From: Antedon mediterranea
Lineage: Eukaryota > Animalia > Echinodermata
Assembly (NCBI RefSeq): GCF_964355755.1
Contig: NC_092670.1
Coordinates: forward strand, 30,802,388 to 30,866,387
Direction: 5' to 3'
Length of the DNA: 64,000 bases
The notes under the pieces are model-generated. The model had not been told where the DNA came from. It did not search any database and was given only the letters and a program-made list of their open reading frames with translations. Of this stretch, positions 48,953 to 60,061 are shown piece after piece (within the stretch, counting starts at the first letter, position 1; every line of letters starts with the position of its first letter). The translations under genes were made by a program, and so were the position numbers.

Positions 48953-51944
48953 TAAAAGTTGGTGAATGTATTAAGGATGGTGAGTAGAATGAATGTGATT
49001 TGTAAAATAAATCTTATATTTTTATGCTTTCTAAGTATCGTGCGCAGAAACATTTTTTTAAACATGCAAAAAGGCCTAATTTGTTACGTTTTAGATCACC
49101 GGTTATCTTTACTGTGTGGTCAACTTTATTACTGTAAGTTCCATCACCACCACCACCCAGCCCTGGCATCCAATCCCTGTAATCCTTTAATTAAATACAT
49201 CTATCCAATTTTAGTATGTACTGTATTTAAGCTTAGAATTAGAGTTCTTGTGTTTCGATGTATGGCTTAAAGTATGTCAAATACAGGTTAAATGGCCCCT
49301 TTACTGTATGCTTTTCATACAATCCTTGCTTAATCTGTAAATTGTAAATGTAAAACTCTTTTTTTAACTGGTCAACAAGCTACTGTCATACAGTATGTTT
49401 TCAAATTTATTTACACTTTTGTACGATTTGTATTTTATTAAACAAATAATCCAACACAACCCTCCATTCCATGTATTTTCAACATCTTCAATGAGCAAAC
49501 TAAGATTTTTGATGAACATACAAATGTAGAAATAAATGTATATTTTGACTAACAAAAAGTTTAAAATCAATTTTAGTTTTGAAAAGAGTCCTTTACAATA
49601 AAATGTAATGATAAAAAACAAGAAGATTGATGTTTCGGAACCACCATGGAACCATTTTCAAGATCAAGTGATCAAATTATACAAAAACAACAAACACCAT
49701 TGGGTGACAGGAAATACTAATTGATTGGTTATTATTAACATCAAAGAAGGCCTACAATACAGTACTAAGAAATTAAGTATTAAGCTCCTCCTTCTTAATT
49801 AATAAACAATTAAAAATTTGGATTTGCACTTAGACAATATCCTGAAATGATTAAAAGTTTCAATAGGACTTATATTATGTTGCTTTAAATGCTCTTCTAT
49901 GGTGCCTTTACTGTGTTCAAAAGAGTCCTGTAATTTAATTGAAAAGAAAGCTTTTGAGATACAAACAATGTATGAGGTGATGAAACAGGAAGTAAATTAT
50001 GGGCATCATACAGTACATAGCAAAACTGTCATGCTAATTAATACAAATTTTAAAATACTGTACATACAGTACTAATTGTTTTAAACTTAGGGAAATTGTT
50101 ATAAAATACAAACTGTACATTTTAAAATACTACAGTATATGATTTCTTAAAATGTAAGCCTTACTGTGTAATTTTAAGAATACAGATCTTTTGTACCCCC
50201 TCAAACGTACGACCATAATATTTAAATTATCTGAAACATGTGATTGAATGATATGATACCCATAATGCATTAAACAAATTATCGCCATTTTTATCAAGAC
50301 TGCCTTATGATGCGCAGAGCATTTTTCTGTGCTTATTCTTCATTGAAAAGTCTTCTGAAAAGGAAAATTATCTGATTACTAATACTATACTAATTACAAG
50401 TAATCCATAAGTAAATATAGGATATTAAAGGTAAGAAATAATTAGCTTTAGAGTTTGTGACGTTCATTGTACAGTACTGTAGGTTCAAAATGCTAAAGCT
50501 GGTATTGTTGAGTAGGCCTACACTTTGGTATTTGCCATCCAAAATTATTATTATTATACAGTACTACAACTTTCAAATATTTTTAAACATTTAACCCTGA
50601 ACATATATTTAGGTTGTAACTAGTTAGTAAAGGACATTAATAATAAAACTGTGCGTTTAGTAATTAATGTCGCCATTTTAATTCTGGAATGAATAATCAT
50701 TGGATTACATAAACCAATTGGGCGTACTTGGCACTTCCTACTAGTATCAGTCTATTGTAAGGTTAAATGGCCTTACAGTCACAAGGAAATAAAATATGCA
50801 GTATGTCATTTTATAAACATCATTGTTTTTCCAAATTTAAAAACACAAATAAACCTGTCTTTATTACATCCACAGAAACTTGTTGGCTGCTTTCTTGATT
50901 GGTTTTTCAATAACTATATTAAAATATAGTAAATAATGTACAGTATAATGTTCAAATGGTTTAATATTAATCGTTAATAATTCACATCAATGACAAATAA
51001 AAATTAACTGTTAATCCTATATTTCAGCTTAAAAAATATAATTTGTACTAGGATTTTGTACCTTATATATTATGTTTTCCATAAATAAATTGTCCCCAAT
51101 CTATTTTTAAAACATAATGTAATCATCATACAATAGTTCTGACTCATTAAATAAATAAACTGATAACCTGAATGATACAACAACACCTGATACTGATTCA
51201 ATACTGTTACTTGTGATAAAATGATTATTAAGAAAATCATTAGAATTATTATTTTTACTCTTTAAAAATTATGTATATTATTATTAAAAATAAATATTTG
51301 TATCAAAAATGTTTAATTTATCACATTAATGAGTTTACAAAAAAAGTGGATATAGTTTGTTCTAATAATACATTGATATAACATTAGTATTCCAGTAAAG
51401 ATAATTTTAAAATTGTGCACTGTTGCTTATCTTTTATGGTGTTAGTTCCATGAAATACAGTAGGGTACGGCAAGGGTTTATTGTGGGGAATCCCCTTTTA
51501 GGCTTTGTAAATGAAACTGGTTAAAGCCAGTACTGGTATGCATGTCAGAAGTTAGCACCCTTTAACTAGGCTGTGATTAGACAATTTTTATGTTTATGGA
51601 TTTTCTAAAATAGTTTAAATTGTCTCCACAATTTACAGTTGTTTAAATTAGGAGGATTTTTTTTTTTAATTTCCTTTTTTTAACCAACTAGCAGCCCTTT
51701 GCTAGTTGTAAAAAATCTTTAACTTAGCAAAATGAGTAACCAAACTACAATATGAAGCAAGCAATTAATTTTTGGGTAAATTAACTAGATTAATTCTACG
51801 CAAAATGTAATCAAACAGAATTAAAAGATAAAAGCCTTTTCTATACCTTTACTATACTATTAAAATACACTCATTGACTGCCTGAAGATGGTTAAAAATA
51901 ATGCCCGATATAACCATAACAAAATCCCTTTTATTAGGTTATAA

Positions 51945-52014
51945 GGCCTAAAAAAAAAAATTGTTTGTTTGCTGTCAAGTTTTTTTTTTTTGGTAGGGGG
52001 GCGGGTGGAAAAAA

Positions 52015-52046
<32 letters not shown>

Positions 52047-53248
52047 GTTAATTTCTCTGTTAATTGCTCGCGAATTTGAGAGTAACAAAACACACTGAAT
52101 AAAACAACGAGCTCAAACATCTATTCATAATTTGTTTCACACTTTAATTCTGTTTTGGGCGCGTTAGGCCCCGTGTCTAAACTAGCCTATAGGCTAGGCC
52201 TACTACACAGTAGGTCGTTGTTAGCAGGCCTAATTAAATATTTTTATTTTTAGAAGTTAGTGTACCGTATATTTCGGTGTATATAAAGTCGCACCTGTGT
52301 ATAATAAGACGCACCCGACCCCTAACTGAGAGTAAAATATCGGTATTTTGTATATCGTCGATGTATAAGACGGCCGCGCCCAGCCTCAACAAGAAGGGAA
52401 GTCCCCCATTCCGTCAGTTCTTTCTAACTTGTTATGAATGAGTTTCGCACCCGCAACATCGAGTGCATGACCGCACGTGTGTGTGGGCTAGCCTCGCTCG
52501 ATCCTTTTATCGAGAGGCGCACGTTTTCACGGACAATCGTATTCGATTAGTATCTATGTATCCGGGTATGTATCCTAGAAGTGTGTACGCTAAGGTCTAT
52601 GCTATAATCAACTGGAGAATATACTAGTCGAATACTGTGTACACAATGTGGTTGCCAAAAGGAGGGCTCGCTCGCGCTGGGGGTACGACGGTTGTGCGTA
52701 TAACTATAATACTATTCCAATCGTAAACGTTTTCAAATGAAATTTTATCGGAGCGCCTAAAACAGCTCCATAATAAACAAATCTTTTCATCATATTTAGT
52801 ACAAAATCACGCTAAAATGCCTTGAAAACTAGCAGGTTGCTGTTACGCTAGTACACTGTAGCTAGGCTAGGCCTACTCTTTAGACTTTAGTAATACTAAT
52901 AGGCCTAGGCCTTACCTTAAAAAGCCCAGGCTTGCCCACGAGGTGGCGATATCTGTGTGTTGAGGCATTTATGTTCGGTTTATAAGACGCACCCTTAATT
53001 TAGAGGTTAAATTTGCGTGTCAAAAGTGCGATTATACACCGAAATATACGCTACGTTATTATTTTTATTGTTTCATTCTCGCACACTCGATTTTTACACC
53101 TTTTCGGCCAAAAAAAATCATTAAAAAAACTTTTTTTTAAAAGCGCCCTCAACGTAAAAAAAAAACTTTTTCTTATTTCCGCCCCAAATTTTTGGCGAAA
53201 TTAGGGGCGGCGGATGACAGCAAACAAACTATTTTTTTTTTTTTGGCC
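51945..53248. mobile_element. Non-autonomous TWA-TSD DNA element (Zator-like)
   Basis: GGCC(A)nT.GTTTGTTTGCTGTCA ... TGACAGCAAACAAACTA(T)nGGCC, TSD TAA (51942-51944 / 53249-53251). The superfamily is inferred only from the GG termini and TWA TSD. Confidence 0.7.
52265..53051. mobile_element. Tc1/mariner-pogo-like MITE nested in the Zator-like element
   Basis: TA|CCGTATATTTCGGTGTATA ... TATACACCGAAATATACGC|TA, with TATAAGACGCACC subterminal repeats. Confidence 0.8.
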
Positions 53249-54136
53249 TAACTATATTTTCACCATTTACTGTAATGTATTGCCAATAAATAAGTTTGCA
53301 CAGTAGCAAATGGTTATAATACAAAACTACCTAAGTACTGCTACTAAAGTACTACACATTATAATTGTATGTATAATTACACAGTACAATACAGTCAGTA
53401 GCAAAAAAGTAGACTGACAATTTAGTTTAGTTTATTAGCTAAATTTTTAAAAACAATTTTTCTCTGACTGTGCACTAACTGAACAGTAAACTTCTGATAA
53501 CTGTACAAACAACGGATCATTCTTTTTAGCTGTGTACTTTTGATGATTATTGGTTTTAAATAAATAAATAAAATGTTATAATATATTATGACAATTTAGT
53601 AGTAGTTATTGAATTCGAAAGAAATATTAATAATAATTTAACATACCGTAATGTATTATTATTATACAAATATTATTTATTATTATAAAAAGGTATACTG
53701 TATGTAACAAATAATATTATACTGTACAACTTTTTTTTTTTTATTATTTTATTTTCTATATATTTCATAAAACAGTATACATTACTTAACTTGGTTACTG
53801 TACATTACAAAAGTAATACAAAATAATAATAAAGTAACCTTTTCAAGTTAAAAAAACATATGGCTATTTTTATACATAAATATCAAAACAGATTTCATTT
53901 AAACAAAAAAAAAAATGATGCGAAATAAAGTATTATTAAATACTGTATTTTTAAAAACTGTACTTTTCAATTTCTTTATACCTCTAGTCTCATATACCGA
54001 TTTGAAGTGATTTATGTGAGGTTTTTGTTCGTTAACTTTGCAGTTAACTTATAAATATACAATTTTGCAGTCAGTATTAAGTTATTAATTGCATGATTAT
54101 TTCTATAATTTTCAATACCAAAACATATCCTTTCTT

Positions 54137-55983
54137 GGGGTCTAGGACAACTACCACCCGGACAACTACCACCCGGACAATAACCCCCTGGACAATGACC
54201 CTCCTAGGACAACTACTCTCTTAGGAAAACTACCCCCTAGGATAATTACCCCCTAGGACAACTACCCGCTTAGGACAACTACCCGCTTAGGACAACTACC
54301 CTCTAGGACAACTACCCTCTAGGACAACTACCCTCTAGGACAACTACCCTCTAGGAAAATTACCCCCTAGGAAAACTACCCTCTAGCTACCCACTAGGAA
54401 CAACTACAGCTTACGATTGGTAACCAAATTAATTAAGCTGCTTCTTTTGGGGCTAATTGTATTGTAAAATCAAATGGTGTGTAAAGAGGGGACTACGAGG
54501 GTGTTGTACCAAACTGTAGCGATATTTATTTTTTTTAAACTTCTAGTACAAACTATGAAAAACGATTTCCTCAATTGGCGCAGTTAGCTATGTTTTTTTA
54601 AAATAGGAAGACTAAGAAATGTATGAACTGTCAAACGGGGGAGAGAGAGATTGATTTTCAAATCGTCTAATGTAATCAATTGTTTTATATTATAGTATAG
54701 GTTTTTTTTAATCTAAAGTCAAATTAGGAGGTTCTGTTCTGTAGAAAACGAATTGGAATAAAATGAAATAAGTAGAAATTTTTTAGTCATAAACATATCA
54801 TGGATATAATGATTCTTTAGGTTCTAAAAACGTTTATTGTCTTAATTTCTCAGGAGTGGAAAAAAAATGGAAAAACAAATCAATTTAAGTTCTTCTATGA
54901 AGTAGTAACAGCCAAACCAATATTTCATTATTACTGGACTTGTAGTAGTAAACGTATAATATCATTAAACAGCATAACATAATTAAGCTCTTACGGTAAA
55001 ACATTTCTTTTGAAAAAGAAAAGAGAGAACAAAATCGGGCCAATTTTATCGACAATAAGGGGCTGCTCTCCAGTCCCATTATCTTACAAATTCCCTCTAG
55101 TCCAACTGCTATGCCCCTAGGATAACTACCCCTCTAGAACAACAACACTCTCTGAACAACCACATCTTCACCTTAGATTATAATTACGATCTTGTAAAAC
55201 TTACTGAACTTCAAAACATAGGGAGAGAGGTTGATCTTAAATGACAATGTTTGATTGACTGGTGCAGACTGTAGGTAAACTGTATGTTCCTAGATTTATA
55301 TACGGCATCTTCATGTCACACAAGAATAAAATAAGCCACCCCTTTATTTTTCAAGAATACGTTTTAATAATTTGATCAATTCGCGTTTAATGTAAAATAA
55401 CTGCCGACGATACGCATATTAAAAAAATCAAAAGCTTTCATATGATCAATCACTCTCCCTATGTTTTAAAGTTCAGTAAGTTTTACAAGATCGTAAATTA
55501 TAACCTAAGGTGTAGGTGTCATGATATAGGTGTGGTTGTTCAGAGGGTGTTGTTGTCCTAGGGGCATAGCAGCTGAGTTGGACTAGAAGGTAGTTGTCCT
55601 AGGAGGGTAGTTGTCCTAGAGGGTAGTTGTCCTAGATGGTAGTTGTCCTAAATGGTAGTTGTCCTAGGGGGTAGTTGTCCTAGTGGGTAGTTGTCCGGAT
55701 GGGAGTTGTCCTAAGGGGGGTAGTTGTCCTAGAGAGTAGTTGTCCTAGAGGGTAGTTGTCCTAGGGGTAATTGTCCGGGTGATAGTTGTCCGGGTGATAG
55801 TTGTCCGGGTGATAGTTGTCCGGGTGATAGTTGTCCGGGTGATAGTTGTCCGGGTGATAGTTGTCCTAGGGGGTAATTGTCCGGGTGATAGTTGTCCTAG
55901 GGCCGGGTCATTGTCCGGGTGGTAGTTGTCCGGGTGGTAGTTTTCCAGGGGGTAATTTTCCAGGGGGTAGTTGTCCGGATACG
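54137..55983. mobile_element. Foldback/Mutator-like element, copy B (GGACAACTACC arrays in TIR orientation)
   Basis: TSD CCTTTCTT (54129-54136 / 55984-55991). Left array 54142-54410, inverted array 55560-55980. It splits the Tx1 ORF2 at KER|ICFG. Confidence 0.88.
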
Positions 55984-56844
55984 CCTTTCTTTATCTAAAG
56001 TCACTTTTCTTTTAATCTTTTGTTCAATAATAACTTGTATTTTCCTCCACATGATAACAATTACTTGGCATTCCACGAATATGTGTATTAAAGTTTGTTC
56101 TTTTTCTAAACAAAATTCACAAATTGGTGATTCAACAATTGATATCTTATGTAGAAAAGAGTTAGTATAAATGATACGAGGAATAAATTTATATTCAAAG
56201 TTTTTAAGTTTGGTATTGATTGTGCATTTATGCAAAGTTATGAATATCATATCCCATTGAAATTGTGTATTAACTATTATCAAGTTCATTTTCCCATCTG
56301 GACTCGATTCTTTCAGGCACTGGTGCATATTATTCAACTTAATGAGAATACAAGTGTTTACAGCTTCTTTTTGTTTTCATCAAATTATTTATTTTAGAAT
56401 TTTCGATTATTAAATTTAATGGGTTTTGTATCGGTATTCTCAAATATTAGTTGCTTCCAGTGCCTTGGAATTGAGTGTACAATTTGATGGTAAAATAAAA
56501 AATTTGGTTTAAAATTGAATCGTTAAGAATTTGGTTGCTATGAGTCAAAATATCTTTAATGTATTTGATATTTTTGTCCCACCAAACCTTATTTATACTG
56601 AATTCCTTGATTTCAAAACAAGAGCTATTCCATATTGGATTGTGATAAGATTTCTTTAACAGAGCTCGGTTCTTTGAAACTATACTCGCTCCAAGCTAAT
56701 AGAACGTCTTTATTAAAACCATTGAACTGTTTAAGCATCGCGATAAAGTCGTTTCCAAATTTATGTAGGTCGCTTTAGAAAAAAAGTTTCCATTTACCAT
56801 CGTTTTTTCCTAGATATCTTTTAACCCAACATGCTTTTAGACCC

Positions 56845-57620
56845 GCTACGTCCCATTAGGACTACTCAATCGGAAGCTGAAGCAAGCACCAGTTATAGTT
56901 CTAAGGACGACAGTTTTGCGAAAATGGAAACTCCACTATAATGACTCATTTATTAGATGAAATCAAGCAGCAGTTATAGTACTACACTTTGACATTTTTG
57001 TTAAAATGGAAACTCGACTATAATTTATAGGTACCAACTGTATTTCTGGTATTTATGAGTCCCATAACAATACTGTATTTGGCTGTCAGATAATCATTGA
57101 ATTATTATCAAAACAGTCCATGAAAGTTTTTGTTTGTAATATGATACTTCACACTTGAAGTATCTAAGGGTATGTTCACTTCCAACCGATCTCTGAACTC
57201 AGGGCTTCCCCACAATGAAATAAGGTATTTTACTTCGGTTTCTCGCCAATGCGCACGCTTCGATGACATTTTAAATTAATTAATTATATAATAATATTAA
57301 TAATAATACTGTACGTATAGTGTAACAACAAAAAAAAACAAATGGATCAGCTTGGCTATACGATGAGGAGCACATGTCACGATGTGATGTGGCGAATATT
57401 GTAATTTGATTGGCTAGATATCTAACCTAGGTCATATTCATCGATGCGTGACTTTCGTATTGTAAGCGACGTCCACTAAACTCATACCTTGAGCTTTCGT
57501 AGCGTACGAAATATCAGTGTCGTACGAGGTGGCTTCCACTAATCTTTTCCTGGTTCAGACCTATGGACTTGTGCACCGCGTACAATACGAAAGCATAACT
57601 CCGTAGGTCTGAACAGGCCC
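56845..57620 (-). mobile_element. Harbinger-like remnant with a Myb/SANT-like ORF fragment
   Basis: Terminus GGGCCTGTTCAGAC on the minus strand with TAA flank at 57621-57623. ATG at 57269 gives MSSKRAHWRETEVKYLISLW (W..E...LI.LW pattern). The left boundary is uncertain. Confidence 0.5.
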
Positions 57621-58766
57621 TAAGGCAGTGATGAAGTGACCTCCAGACTTGACCTTAGCAATAAAATAAACTAAATTGAGTCTGTTTCATATCAAAGTTA
57701 TTCACTTCTGTAACAAAATTCACATTATAAAAAGAGAAAAGAAACGTTTAATTATAACTAAAAAACCATTGTCTGACAGACAATTGAAGTATTTTTTGGC
57801 TTTTAATTACATTTTTTCAGGTAAAATAACTATTATGTGACAATAAAATGACAAATTCAAAAACAAATTTGAAATAAAAAATATTTTTCAGAGGGACAAT
57901 ATATCTTTAAAACTGTTACGTCAATAAGCGAGCAGCGTTTTTTGTAAGAAATATTTCTTGTTTATTATAATTTCCACATTCTAAATTTAGTAAGTATTTC
58001 GTATTCTTTTCACCTTCCTCCACACATTTGGCTCTTGATCTAATCATAGAACCATGTATTTTAAATTCATAAAGTTGTTCAAGTTAATTTTTTTTAATTT
58101 TAATTTGTTCGTTTAGTGTTTGATCATTTTTATTGCAAAATTGATCTTCTAAAATTTGTATTTTATTTTGTAGTTTTTGAATGTTTTTTTTTTTTTTCAT
58201 TTTATTTTGTTTACTAGCAAATTTGATTGTTGTTCTTCTTATGTTACATTTTGTCATTTCCCAAATAGTGTTAGGATTATTTTATGCACATTCTATCTTG
58301 GTGGTTTTTATTGTTTCTATAATATCCTTCACGTAGTTGGGATCCTGTAATAAACTAGTGTTCAGCTTCCAAAAACCAGGGCCTCTTTTGTGTATCAATC
58401 CATGTATTGAAAGAGATTAATGAATGGTCAGTTTTTTAAAGCCCGATATAATTGCAGTGTCGTTTACGTGTGCCCATAGAGAATATGAGATAACAAAATA
58501 GTCAATTCTACAAAATATTGGTGGGGAGTGATTTGAGTGCCATGTAAATAATTGTTTCTTTGGGTTCTGTACTCTCCAAATATCAATTAAATCTAAGTTG
58601 TCTATAACTTTATTAATTTGCTCGGTGCATTTTGGATGCGTTTGTCCCTTGCCATGTTTTTTATCGACAGATGAATTCAAAAGTGTATTAAAATCACCTC
58701 CAATGATAATAGGGTTTTTTCCGAATTCCTCAATTTTGTCACATAAAAGTTAAAAAAAAGTTACTG

Positions 58767-59537
58767 ATTCAAGATTCAAGAATTTTTTTTTTAAACAACA
58801 ATAAAAAACAAACATAAAAAATGTTGCAACAATTTAAAACGTGCAGTATTATAACAGATTAAAATACAAGATAAAAAGTTAAAAATAAAAAAACTGTTAA
58901 AAATGTAAAACTATTTAAAAATTGCATTATCGTCTTACATTAGAATTAAAAATATGAATGCTATTTACAACGAAGGATTTTCTAGTTCTACAAAAATTTG
59001 CTCTTGGAGGTCGTAGCCTAATACCTGATCTATTTAAGTTATAACAGTAATGTAACAGATGAGTGGGGTCTTTCATAATATTGTTTACTTTTTTTTAAAT
59101 ACTTTTTCATAGATAAATGAACAAGGCGTTAGATCAGCTTTAATAATACGTTGTGCAATTTTACGTGGTCTCTCAATCAGTATAGTTACCATAAAAACAT
59201 CCAATGCTAAAAGATAAAATACTTTGAATAATACTTTGATAAAATAGAATTAAAATAGTGTTATCAACTCTAATTTGCTTGAGTTTTCTGAGAAAGTAGA
59301 GCCTTTGAGATGCCTTCTTGGAAATCATGAGAGAGTTTGACTCCCATTTTAATTTGTTGTCAATTATAGTACCTAAGTATTTGTATTGGGTTACTCTTTC
59401 AACCTCGGTTTCTTTAATAGTTATTACATTATGTTAAACTGCGGTTTTACGAAAATCTATTATCATCTCTTTGGTTTTAGTAATATTAAGTATTATTAAG
59501 TATTAAGTTCATATCCTCACACCAATTAACAAAACAA
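58767..59537 (-). mobile_element. 5'-truncated Rex1/Babar-like (CR1-group) LINE inserted in the Tx1 APE domain
   Basis: TSD TTACTG (58761-58766 / 59538-59543). Encodes LNITKTKEMIIDFRK..VERVTQYKYLGTIIDNKLKW..KKASQRLYFLRKL and has a (TCTTGAA)n tail. Confidence 0.8.
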
Positions 59538-59599
59538 TTACTGTCATCATTATTGGGTCCGTAAATGTTTGCAATGGTAAATGATTATGATTGTGTTAA

Positions 59600-59772
59600 T
59601 TTGATTTTGATAATTTTAGGTTTAATTTTATATTTTCTTTTGTCCATTTATATACTGTATTTTGTTTACATTTATGTATTGTAGTTAAGAACTGAACCAC
59701 TTTGGAAATCAGTACATTGTATTGAAAGTGTATTTCAGAATAAAGAAAGATTAAATAAATATTAAATAAATA
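59600..59772 (+). mobile_element. Possible LINE 3' tail fragment
   Basis: T-rich 3'UTR-like tract ending AATAAAGAAAGATTAAATAAATATTAAATAAA. Confidence 0.3.
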
Positions 59773-60061
59773 TATATAAATTTTTCATAATTGACATGTT
59801 TGCAATGATTATTTTACCATACTGGACAACCTGTCCTTAAAATAAAAAAACCTTTAAATTAGAGATAATATTTCTTCATAAAATTACTGAATCATCATTT
59901 AAAAATACCAAATGTTGTCATTTCCATATTATTTCCCAAATGATAAGTAATGTAAACCAAGCAAGTAATCATTTCAAAATAAAAAATACTTTACCACAAT
60001 GCTTCTATATTGCATTGTTTGGCTTCCTCTAATCTGTTTACTCCTTTATATTTTACAGAAA

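Larger units (their letters stand above)
53730..59580 (-). mobile_element. Decayed L1/Tx1-clade LINE (ORF2 remnant) interrupted by three insertions
   Basis: APE motifs NIYGPN (~59560), IIGGDFN (~58700) and DIWR..P..FTW..RIDY (58417-58680); GPGFWKLN; RSRAKCVEEGEKNTKY; C-terminal zf-RVT CEFC..EQTLIHIFVEC (55984-56337) continuing as ICFG..INNLILTAKLYIY left of 54129; T-run (polyA) at ~53730. The RT core is missing. Confidence 0.8.

Noticed and set aside
49364-49621. Possible CR1/L2 C-terminal remnant (WN..L..SVNKF)
   Set aside because: Too degenerate to support without a profile search.
54142-54410. CRISPR-like appearance of the GGACAACTACC arrays (also 42040-42540)
   Set aside because: Head-to-tail tandem units with no unique spacers, no cas genes, and a eukaryotic transposon context.
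55897-56337. Apparent fusion ORF of a zinc finger with TTTR repeats
   Set aside because: Read-through of the Tx1 relic into foldback B, an insertion artefact.
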